From Tubulanus polymorphus (Eukaryota > Animalia > Nemertea), in NCBI RefSeq assembly GCF_964204645.1, contig NW_027437485.1, forward strand, positions 1 through 47,574: a stretch of DNA of 47,574 bases, given 5' to 3'. Below are positions 12,701-24,700 of the stretch, piece by piece (position 1 is the first letter of the stretch; each line of letters begins with the position of its first letter). Below the pieces are notes generated by a model. It was not told the origin of the DNA. It searched no databases and saw only the letters and a list, made by a program, of their open reading frames with translations. The position numbers were made by a program, and so were the translations under genes.

Positions 12701-15700
12701 GTGTTTTAGGGCCTTTTCACGGTCTAATTCACAGAAGCATGAGAAGTCGTGAGCCAACCACCTAGTACAGAGAACGACGAGCTGCTACGCGGTATAGCAT
12801 GCTTTTGAAAAGATTTTTGTTAAGCAAAGAAGTGGGGCGGCTTTGGCCGCCCCTGCCGCCCCTGTTCTGACGGCCCTGGACTTAGTCCGCCCCAAAATTT
12901 GGAACGGACCTGATTCGCTCTTTTAGGTTAGTCTAAATAAATTTAGTACAAATGGGACCAGACACAATAGATAAGCACTCAGCTTGGATATTTGACCTCT
13001 GATGAAATTTTTGTAAATATTCCCTAAAAAAACCCCTAAAATTCTGGAAAGACCAATCTGTAGGAACCATGTATTTCTATGTTACATTCATACCTATGCA
13101 TATTTTGTTACCACAATCGATTGGAAAATTGTAGCTCATGACATGGTCTATTGTTGTGGTGAGTTTCAAGGACATTAGTTATTCTATATGGTCACTAGGG
13201 GTGTTGAATATAATAACTTAGTATTTCCTAATTATATTGGTACCTAGGCATATTTTGTTACCATGATCGATTGCAATGTTGTAGCTCATGACATGTTCTA
13301 TGATTATGGTGAAATTCAAGGTCATTGGTCATCGCATATGGTCACCAGGGGGCGTTGAGTGGTGGAATAACTTAGTATTTCCATATTTATGGTAACTAGG
13401 CATATTTTGTTACCACAATTAATTACAAAATTGTAGCTGCTGACATGTTTTATGATTGTGGTGAGTTTCAAGGTCATTGGATGGGGCGTTGAATATTGAA
13501 ATTGTTAGATTGTTCAGCATCTGAAACCACTTCCCAAGTGGGCATGGTGTCCCTGGACCCCTAGTTAGAAAATTCTTTTACTTTCATTGGGTGCTTGCGT
13601 TAGCAGCCATTTGAAAAATCTCCGTTTGAACATATATAGTTTTCAGTTTAAATGTCTAAAACTTAAAAACCGCTTTTCTGTAAAATAAATTCTAAATCGA
13701 ATTGAAGACTGGTTCCCTGTCTCTTCAAAGAGCCAGGGGCGGTAGTCTATGATGGCAATAAACTTCATCGGATGATCGTAGTGGATTGTCATTTGAAGGA
13801 AATGCAACTTATTCTTGCTTAATGTCTTTATTATTATAGTAAGAAAAATTGTGGCTCCTATCTATTTTAGTGTTCACTTCTCTTCACCGGAAGTCACTCG
13901 AGTTAGTCACATTTTTTCTTTCAGCTGTAAATTTTTCTATCATTTCAACACAATCCGATAAGTAATCTAGCAATTATCAACATGATGATAGATTCCGTTA
14001 ATACACTACAATATTCAAATAACAACTATCCAAAAGCTTGCACTTACTTGGTCTGCGTCTACAATAAAACCATTCCGATTCCCAGTCCCCGTGCCTAACA
14101 TTTCATGTAACGATGTAAGACAACACCGATCTCTTAGCTCTTTAAAAAGTAATCAGGTCAAAGTTTGATTAATTCTACTACAGAAATACAAAACCAACAA
14201 GCAAGCTTTCAGTACAACCATGTCAGCAAGCCCATTTTTAGAATTTCTTTCTTGTTAAGGGTTACCGTTATCACCACTTATGTTGCATAACAGTTTTTTT
14301 CAGGCCATTCAGCATCCTATGGGCTATTGCATTCACTTTTAAACCGTTTGTCCGTAGACAGAATCCAGTCACTTAGTTATTTTGGAAAGTTTTGAGAACG
14401 CTTCAATGGATTGTCTTCATGTTTGGTTTTAACTTGTTCCACCTGAGACACGTCTTCAGCCCAAAAACTGGCCTGGTCAGAATATAGATGGCCAACTGGC
14501 AAACATTGTTGTTTGCCGTAATCAGCACTTTTTACACATTTTTGAAATGTGTAAAATTTTCAAATTTGAAGATGCTTCAATCTGATCTTGATCTTTCATA
14601 TGAGCATGTATCCCCCAGGGACCAAATTGATTTGGCCTATCCAGTATCTTGATGCACTAGATAAGTTTGGTAGGTACCTGTGAAACTTGTGGAAAGATGC
14701 TTAAAAATCATTGCACAAGGGACATGAATATTTTCACCTGTCGTTCAGGCAGGAATTCAATGAGATTGGGGAGTTATTACTCTATCATTATGTATCTTTG
14801 TAGAGCGTAAATTCTTTTGTAGGTAGCACATTTCAAAGACTGGATTCCAAAAGCTTTTCCAGGAGCAAGTGATCTCATTCTTGATGCAGAAGTTCTTCTT
14901 ATTGATACAAATACAGGAAAACCATTACCATTTGGTACTTTAGGTGTTCATAAGGTAAGTTGTGTTAAAAGATGGTTTATTGTTAATTCAAGTGAACTTC
15001 AAACCAGTCACAATGATTGTTGACCGTGGTTGTATGGCTTTTTTTTGTTTGATAATGTGTGAAAAGGATGCATATTTCTTACACTTGTTTTTCAGAAACA
15101 AGCATTCAAAGATGCCAATGTCTGCCTATTTGTATTTGACTGTGTGCATTATAATGGAGAAAATCTTTTGAACAAGTAAGTTCCTCTTACGTAGAAACAG
15201 GCTAGACACTTAGCTAGGAATGAATATGTCATTGTCCATATGTGGCCACCCCAAGTACATTGCCAGTCCGACTAGCGAGGTTCCACAGGTACTTTATACG
15301 GACGGGACAGATCCAGGAATTTAGAAAGGGGGTTTATATCTGAAAAGGTGTTTTATATTCTTTTTAGCCCACTTGGGACTATGAGCTCTGGGGGGATGTT
15401 AACGTACCTGTATTTACCCCCTTTCATGATAAACAAGCAAATCTTCAGCCAACAAAGTATACTTTATTGATTGTCAAGATAAAACTAAACCCACTTCGTA
15501 CAAATTAAAAGAATTCTAGAATCAAGAATTTATTGTATCTAAAAGTTTTGATCTTGCTCTAGAGAGCATCGTCGGGTGTGAGATTATGACTAAAAACGAG
15601 GGGTATATATACAGGGGAGAACAGGTAAATTTAGTTAATTTACCTGAGCAGATAAACTGCATTTTAAAAATCGCTATCTCCAAGGCCAAACGAACTTTCT

Positions 15701-18700
15701 TTAATTCTAAATCTCTAGAAAATACAAAAAGCATATTTCCGTCGACTACTGTACCCTTTCCTATGGTTTTTGCCAATATTTTCTAAATTTGGATTGATCG
15801 CCAATGGTTTTTCTATACGACCCGGCCCTGCGGTATTGCATTAAGCCACCGGCGAAATCCGTCATCTTTTTTCTTGGCGTTCTTGTACATGAACGCGTTG
15901 GATTTTTTCGCCAAAAAAAATCAAAGGAATTAGGAATTTAAGGGAGTTATCACTCTCGTAACGGTGAGTCCGTTCGGTTTGGGGGTTATCCCTTGTTTCT
16001 ATTTTACTGTAATAATTTTACTTATATAATTGAATTGAATTGAATTTATTATTGTGACCGAAATAATTATGCCGCCCCCTCCTAAGGGTCAACATCGTGG
16101 CGGTGAGGGATGTGGGCATTTGTTCGGTGCCTGAGATGATCACGGTTCGTGTGCGTCGTGCAGGTGTAAATCTGGACAAATCTGTGCAAGGAGTAATCTT
16201 TGCAAGATTTGCGAGGTTTGGTCCGAGGACCTTTGGATTCGGGCCGATAAGGCTCGGAACCTAAGAGATCATCGTCGAGCTAATAGTAGGGATTAGTCGG
16301 TTTCGGCCGACGTGCCAACCGACGTCTCTAATTCTATCTCTAATCGTATAGCGGAGCGGTCGCCGATCGTTCTGGCACGGTCGGCTTCCCAACTCCGTTC
16401 ACCGGGGAGGAACGCTGGTTCACCGGCACCAGTCTCCGGTCGCTGGTCGTTCACCGGTTCAGCTGGTTCGGCCGGTTTAGACTAAACGTTCTGAACCGAG
16501 CGCGCGCCACGGTAGTCAGGATCGGCCCGCACCGGTTTCGGTCGGTCCGGTCCGGTTCGGTTGTTTTGTCAAACACGGGGCAACTAGCGCTAAGCCCACA
16601 GCAGCTCCTCTGGTCGGTGAGTCAATGGAAGCTTATCGCCCTCCGGACTCCGATCTCAACGTTTTACGGGAATCGTCAGCGGTTTCAAGAGAATGGGCTC
16701 GATTAGATACACAATTATGAGGTGAATGTCACCCTGGAACGTTTTCGTTTCCCCGTCCAGAACGGGTCTTCACGTCTCTTCTCCGGTTGGTGCACTCCTG
16801 TTTCCGCCGAGCTGAGGAAGATTTTGGAGGTCCAGACCAAGTCCACCGTCCAAACTCCGTGGAAAAAGCGTTCTGGTCCGACGCCGGCGGCGCAAGGTTC
16901 GGCACGGACGCAAACAGGACGAACTAAAACTTCACCGCTTTCTCAGGTGGCTACGGATGCCGGTTGGAGAACTAGCGCGCAACTTCAACAATCGCGTCAA
17001 GCCTCGTCCAGTCGGAACAGTTCCGGTTCGTATCGGGGCAAGGGGAAGGCTCCAAAAAGGGGCTCTTCCTTTCGGAAAAACTCGAAATGAATTCTCGGGA
17101 CCAGTGGGAGGTTGTCTGCGGCAGGCAGCAACCCACTGGTCCGACCTTTTCGGAGACGGTTGGCCTTCCCGGGTCGTCTCTTGTGGCTTCCTAAGGCGAC
17201 CGCGCCTGACGAGGTCACCTCCCGACATGCGGCCAAAACTGGGTTAGGGGGCCTTAATCTCTCCGGCTCTCAAGGAATTGGCCGAGAAGGGAGCGATAGA
17301 ACCAGTTTGCAACAAAACTTCTCCCGGCTGGTTTTCTCGAATAATCATGGTACCAAAGGTCACAGGGGGTCAACGGACTGTGATAGATCTGTCATCCCTC
17401 AATCGGCACCTAGACATTCCAAGGTTCCGTATGACCAAACCCAAGGACGTGATTCAAGGGCTCCGTCCGGGTCAATGGGCGGCTTCATTGGACCTGAAAG
17501 ATGCTTTCAGGTTCCAATTCACCCAAAATCTCGGCGATTTTTCAGGATAAAGTGGAAAGGCCGCCAGTTCCAATTCAGGTCTCTTCCATTTGGCCTCAGT
17601 ACGGCCCCGTGGGTTTTCACCAAGTTGGTCAAGTCAGTTCAGAAGGTACTTCAGTCAAGGGGTGTTCAACTGTTCGTTTACCACGACGATTGGTTAATAG
17701 TCACGAACTCGGCTCAAGAATGTCGGGAGGCAATGACCTCAGTCTTGGACTTAGTCCATCAGCTAGGGTTCTGCGTAAACAGGGAAAAATCTCAGTTGAC
17801 ACCGGCCCAACAGTTCACTTATCTTGGCATGGACTTTGATCTCCGAATTGACAATGTCTTTCCGTCTATGGCTCGAGTAGCCAAACTTCAAGAAGCTGTA
17901 GCGGGAGTGTCCACAACCCTTAGAACAGCTCGTTGCTGGTCACGGCTTCTAGGCTCCATCAGCTCCATGGGTCTGATGGTGCCCTTAGGCCACCTCAGAA
18001 GCAGGTGCTTGCAACAATATTGGAAGGTCTTCTGGTCTCAGTCGATGGGCAACTGGGAGACCTTGATTCCCGTACCTCCAACCAATCTAAGTCCAGATCT
18101 TCATTGGTGGGCGACAACTACGAATCTTCGGCGCGGGGTGTCACTAGCCCCGTTAGAGGCTCCAGTTCGTGTATTCACGGATGCCAGTCACCAAGGGTGG
18201 GGGGCACATCTGGAGAACTGTGTCAAAGCCGGGAGTCGCTTCGAGGCCACCAACCACATAAATTTCCTGGAAATGCTGGCCGTGTGGAAGGCCCTGAAGT
18301 TCTTTCACAGGAGAGTGGAGGGCCACCACGTTTGGTTAGCCACAGACAATTCAACAGTGAGGGCTTCCCTTCAGAATCAAGGGGGCACTCACTCAGAAAT
18401 CCTCATGGATCTGTCAGCCAAAATTCTTCTTTGGTGCCAGACAAAGGGCGTGTCCCTGACTGGCACATTTAGCAGGGAAAAGGAACGTGATGGCCAATGC
18501 TCTTTTTCGTTGAGGTCAGGCTATTGCGATAGAATGGGTTCTCCACCAAGAAGTAGCCGATCGGGTTCGAGACATGTTTGGCAATCCGCTGCTGGATTCG
18601 TTTGCCACCCGGTTCAATCGGAGGTGTCCTCTGTTTGTTTCCCCTTTTCCATGCCTTCTCTCTGGACTGGTTGGGGATGCATGCGTATGCGTTCCCGCCC

Positions 18701-21700
18701 ACACCAGTCCTCCCGCGCTTGCTGGATCAAATAGAGAGATCAGTCAATTGCAACATAGTCCTGGTAACACCATGTTGGCCGGCTCAGAATTGGTTCCTAC
18801 CACTTCTCAACCTACTGTGCGACAACCCCAGGATTCTTCCGAATTTCCCATCGCTTCTGTCTCAGGGGAACTTTCGGCATCATCCAAACGGCCAGTGGTT
18901 AAATCTGCTCGCCTGCCAAGAGCAAGAGCATTGTCCAGCGATCTTTGTCAGCTTCAGGCTTTTCAGAACATGCTGCCTCCTCTATCACAGGATCTAAGCG
19001 GCCATCAACAAGTACCATTTACGATGCCAAATGGGGTCATTTTGCGGATTGGTGTGCTGCAGGGGAAATTGATCCATGCTCACCCTCTGTAGCTCAATTG
19101 GCAGATTTTTTATTTGTAATTTCTATTTGTAGTAAAAGCTTTGCAGGTTATAACTATTAAAGGTTAATTTCTCATACATTGCGTGCTTCTGGACGGCCAA
19201 ATGTAACAGGGGATCATCGGATATCCCAGCTTGTTGCAGGGATTTTTATTTCCCGGCCTCGGGTACCGAGGATAGTTCCACCATGGGATCTGGCTGTAAT
19301 TTTGAAGAAGTTAATGGAGGCTCCATTTGAACCTCTTTTAGCGTCATTTGCGAATTTGTCAAAAAAGACTGTATTCTTGCTGTTCTTGGCTTGCTCGGCC
19401 CGTCGCTCTGAGATTCATGCGCTTTCAGTGCGACAAGGTCATATTGTCTTCAGGCCAGCAACGGAATTTGTTTCGCCGAGCCTGTTGCAGGGATTTTTAT
19501 TTCCCGGCCTCGGGTACCGAGGATAGTTCCACCATGGGATCTGGCTGTAATTTTGAAGAAGTTAATGGAGGCTCCATTTGAACCTCTTTCTGCAGCGTCA
19601 TTTGCGAATTTGTCAAAAAGACTATTCTTGTTGTTCTTGGCTTGCTCGGCCCGTCGCTCTGAGATTCATGCGCTTTCAGTGCGACAAGGTCATATTGTCT
19701 TCGGGCCAGCTAAGGAATTTGTTTCGCTGCGGCCTGCTTTGAAGTTTTTGGCAAACTGCCAACGACCAGGCTCTGTTGGTCGTCAATGGCGAATTGAAGC
19801 CCTAAAACATTGCAAAAACAACCTTCCGGACAGGACATTATGTCCTGTGCGGGCGTTTTGTTTCTATTTAGATCGCTCTGCTCCACGAAGGGGTTCGAGG
19901 TAGCGGTTATTTATTCCGCTGCTGGATCACCTGAAGGGTGATATTTCTCGGGACACAGTGGCCCGATGGGTCTCTTCACTGATTAAGGACATTTTATTGA
20001 AGGAGAATCTTTCCTCGGAGGGAGTGGTTTCTCATCAAGTGAGGTCTATGGCTACTTCCTGCGCAGCCTTTTCAGGTGCTCCGTTGGAGGAGGTCTGTCG
20101 GGCCGCCTTTTGGAATTCTCCACCGACATTCATGTCATTTTATTTACAGGATGTTTCAGGCCAGTTAGGCTCATTAGCGTCACTCGGTCCTGTTGTTATG
20201 GCTCAAGGTGTCCGTTCTTTCCGATCGGACCCTTTAGCGTAGAATATTTATGTTTGCATTATCGGATCACAAGGTGTGTATCCATATACATAGTTTGGGC
20301 TCATATCCGCAAGTATTAATTTTGCAAAATTCGGGGGGGCCCTGAGCTGGACGGACTCACTGTGGCCAACCGATCTTCCCTGTGCTACAGTGCTCCATTC
20401 CGTGCTTGAGTTGCTCTCTTTTTTCCCTCTTACCTTGCTATTTGAGCGGTGGTTTTTCTATCTACCTTTCCCACCATCCTTGTGCTAGGCTAGTGTAGCA
20501 AAAACCATAGGAAAGGGTACAGTACTTGACGGAAATATTACAATTTTTGTAACTAAAATTTGTATTTCCGAGTAGTACTTACCCTTTCCTATGGTGGGAA
20601 TCCCGCCCGCCTCTCCGCATTTTTTTTGGGTCTGCTATGACGTAAAAAGATTGCGGATTTCGCCGGTGGCTTAATGCAATACCGCAGGGCCGGGTCGTAT
20701 AGAAAAACCATTGGCGATCAATCCAAATTTAAAAAATTTTGTCAAAAATTCACATACTAAGTAAATATGTATGCTAAATTCACGTGCAATGAATCGAAAA
20801 GTTGGAAGTTGTTCCTTAGAAAAAAAACAGTGGTTTCCTCAGGTTTGCCACTAGTAAGAGAATAGTAGCTCAATTTTATGTTCAAGTATTTTTGATACAC
20901 AGCGAATTAGAGCTGAAAAATCTGATATGAATAATGACTGAAATATTGACAAATCCAATTTCCAGACCAATCAAGCAAAGAAGAGAAATCTTGCAGAAAA
21001 ATATGGTGGAAATTCCGAACCGAATTCTTTTCTCTGAAATGGAATTCATCAATGTAAGTTGAATATTAGACATTGCTGAATTTCTTGAATATTCCGGCCT
21101 ACAGTAGGCAGACAGTTGCTTTCAATCCCAAACATGAACTCATCTGCGACGCGACGGAACTGAGCGCAGGAATTCCAGCCAATGAGAGACTGCATACATA
21201 TATACATTAAAAAATTGTGACCGCTAGTTAGCGTCATTAGTACTTTGTCATAAATTTTCAAATTCAAATAGTTTCAAAGGCAAACAAAACAACTTCAGCA
21301 TGTTAGATGACTGGACAGAAGGTCTCGAAATGAAATTGGTACATAAAAAAAATTATGTTCGATTCAGAGCTGATATATGCCTTCTCTCTTTTTAGTTGCT
21401 TGTTCTATGGAATGAGCGTACAAAGTCAAATTGAAATTTAGATTTAAATGAAATATATTTATTCACAATAATTTAGTTCTATTCTTAAAATTTCCTTCAT
21501 TTGGCCATCTGCAATCGGTTGAGTTGCCAGTAATCGTAACTGACATTAGCAGGGGAGCAACTGGGAGGATCTCCCATCGTAGCACAAATTTTAGTCGGCC
21601 TCAGTTGCTGGGAATCAGAGCGCAATCAACATAAGCTGGGCTGTGATCGCAGTTCGCGTCAGTAGGCGTCGCGTCGCTTGTCGACATCAGCCAGCCGGCT

Positions 21701-24700
21701 GATAAGCCAAGATGACTGCTTGGTGTTTGAATTCAGGAAACTTTTGTAGCTTTGTCCAATAAGCTAATTAAAAAGTTTGATTAGCTGATATGTTAATTAG
21801 TTTATTCTGACAATGTATGAGTGCCGTTTTACTCTTAACAACAGTAGACTGTAGACTATACACACTCTATGTGTGACTGCTTTCAAATGTACTATGAGCG
21901 CTTAGTAGTGTGGTTATTTAAGACTTGCTCACAAACATATCTATCTTATAGCTGCATTATGGCATTTTACCCCTGTTGTGTGTTGCTGTGATGGGGTGAT
22001 GCAAAAAGTAACAAAGTAGTTTACTTGTAGTAAATAATGGTTGCTGAATAATATGGAGCTTTAGAAGCGTTAGTGACATAGATTTTTTAGGTCATCAACA
22101 TATCCAGGGTATTATGGGGTAAAATCTGCGACTAGAAAATCAGCTTATTGGTCTGGATATAAGGTACTAAATTTTGAGCTGGCTATTTTAGAATAGAAAG
22201 ATTAAGTGTATTATTTCTATCTAGGATCCAGAGACATTGGCCGATATGATGATGAAGGTATTTCGTGAAGGACTTGAAGGACTCGTTCTCAAGGATATCA
22301 ATGTGGGTAGCTCCTAGTATGCATCATTGTGCAGAAGTTTCAAATCATATCACTCATCTCATTGGGATTTCTCATTATTCCTAAATTATATGAATATAGT
22401 GATCTTAACTGTAACACATTATTTCAGTTTTCATTACATGACAATATATATGTATATGGTAATAGGGTATATATGAACCTGGAAAGCGGCATTGGTTAAA
22501 AGTAAAGAAAGATTATCTCGCTCAAGGTGCAATGGCTGACAGTGCTGATCTTGTCGTTCTTGGGGCCTATTATGGCACCGGGAATAAAGGTAAGAAAATA
22601 ATGAAATTATGATCTCACTAGGCCTACATGGATTTTCAATAGATTCCTAGTAGAAATTCCGCTACCAGACATATAGCCGGTTTTTAAGTGAGGCGATTTT
22701 TATTTCGAAAAAGATTCAAAAAGTCATTCTATAACTGGGTTTTTGGTCACCATTCAGTGGCATTCCTGTAGGAAGGTCTAATGAAAATACTGGTAGCTAT
22801 TTTTTCTGTTAGGTGGTATACTGCTATCATGAATGTCTAGAAAAGATCTGGCTATGTTTAACACTTTTCTTGGTCTGTTGATGTACAATGTTTGTATTTG
22901 ATGATATAGGAGGAATAATGTCAGTGTTTTTAATGGGTGTTTATGACCCTGATCAAGATATATGGTGTACAGTAACCAAAGTTGCAAGTGGCTATGATGA
23001 TGCTACACTAGATAAGATCAATAAAACATTGAAGATGGACAAAATTAGTAAGGTATACAATAACATTTTGCACTCAATTGAAACTTGTATTAGAACACAC
23101 TGCTAATACATGTACACTCTGACAATACAACAATATCAATCTTCTTAATTCAATAAAAAAATGAAGGTCTCATCTGTACCAGTTTAGGCCGAGTCTACTG
23201 TAGTATTAATTACGTTAAGGGGAAACCAATTTCTAGTTATTTTCAATTTCAGGAATCGAGCAAAGTACCGAAATGGCTGAAGTTAACAAAAGGTTTAGTT
23301 CCTGACTTTGTTGCATCAGATCCAAAGGTAAGCAGAGGTTATAGTCAATTAGTCTGATAGACCTACAGTCCGACAGCCCATTAGTCTGACAACCCTAATG
23401 ATGGTGTGTTGTGTTTATACATGTACATACCACAGCTAACCATAATAGATCCCCAATGGTAGGGTGTTGGGGTAGTGGGGTGTCGAACATGTTTGGTTTG
23501 GGGCTAGTGGGCTGTTTTGAAATGACAAATGTTATGCAGAATTCTTCTACGAATATCTGATATGAGTATCTTGATGATTGATATCATGATATCGTATCAG
23601 TGTATCCTGTAATCTGCAAGGCACATAAATTTGTAGTGAAAAATATATGTATTGCCTTATGAGGGTAATGTGTATGCAATCGATTGTGGTGATCTTTGGT
23701 TTATACATGTATCTACCATAGACATATCTGCAGCGTGGTAACTGGCCCAATAAGATTCAAGATGGCTAAATCGTGGCTATTTTTGTTTTCCAAAATCAGC
23801 ACTTTGAAGTTTTCAAGGGAAATTTTGAAGGTGCTTTGCACAATCATCTTGATCTTTCACGTACGTCTGTATCCCCCTAGTGAGTGTTATTTCCATTTGA
23901 TTATCAGAGACAACATTAGGATAGTTTTGTGTATCGCGCATTACTACATGAAACTACTTGATAATGACATCACTGCGAAAGCCTTTCACTGAAGAGCTTT
24001 CCCAGTGACATCATTATGAAGAACAAACTGTGGCGATATTTCTGCCCTGTGCTAGTGAGTTATGGGGAAAACCCATACCATGTATAGCATCAAAGTTGAA
24101 CATGCTTACGCGCTGCACCAAGATTTCATAGTAATTTTTCAATATCATGGGTGATTGTCTTTGTATGTTTCACGCTGAACGCAAAACCGATAGCTTCTGC
24201 AAAACCTAAATTTCTTGTACATATGAAATTAGAGTTTTGGAACACTGTCTTATTAATTTATCTATGTACTTATGTACTTTAAACGAAATGGGATTTTCCG
24301 GCTGTGCGCTTCACCACTGTAACATATTACTTAAATGATTTGTTGTTTATAGGACACTGCAGTTTGGGAAGTTACTGGTGCTGAATTCACTGCTTCAGAT
24401 GCACATACAGCTGGAGGCATATCTATTAGATTTCCAAGAGTTACGAAATTTAGAGATGATAAATCATGGAAAGAAGCAACTGATTTACCTCGCCTCAAGG
24501 TAAGTTGAGCACAAAATAATTTGATGCTGTTTAACAACATTTTAGATATTGTACGTCTAACTCATAGTTTACCCGTCGAACTGTCATCTTTTATTCGACA
24601 AAATGAAACATCAAATTTACTCATCTATTTGACTGGATTTTCGACTTTGATCTATCATAAACTTTAGCGGTAGGCCTATACAATAGTATATTTAAGGGCA

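Larger units (their letters stand above)
11438..13071. mobile_element. TIR non-autonomous element (hAT-like) nested in the HINE
   Basis: 14-bp TIR CATGGTTCCTACAG; 6-bp TSD TACTTC/TATTTC; a second copy lies at 39925-40725. Confidence 0.8.
10675..13566 (+). mobile_element. Non-autonomous Helentron-type element (HINE/DINE-1-like), family A, full length with nested inserts
   Basis: T-run start, subterminal inverted repeat GCCCACTTGGGA / TCCCAAGTGGGC, (CGTC)-type microsatellite, internal repeats of about 150 bp, 3' hairpin followed by CTAGT. Confidence 0.8.
15733..20748 (+). mobile_element. DIRS-type tyrosine-recombinase retrotransposon, decayed, in LIG3 intron 10
   Basis: Inverted terminal repeats (about 15766-15871 vs 20644-20748), internal complementary region 20498-20595, and gag/RT/RNase H/methyltransferase/YR remnants with stops and frameshifts. 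Confidence 0.93.

Noticed and set aside
16932-17236. Minus-strand ORFs inside the DIRS element, and other 60-120 aa intronic ORFs in the track
   Set aside because: They have no recognisable motifs and are antisense shadows of GC-rich coding sequence or translations of repeats.
18574-18900. Bacterial or phage Dam methylase as horizontal transfer or a novel system
   Set aside because: A methyltransferase-like domain at this position is a standard DIRS component.
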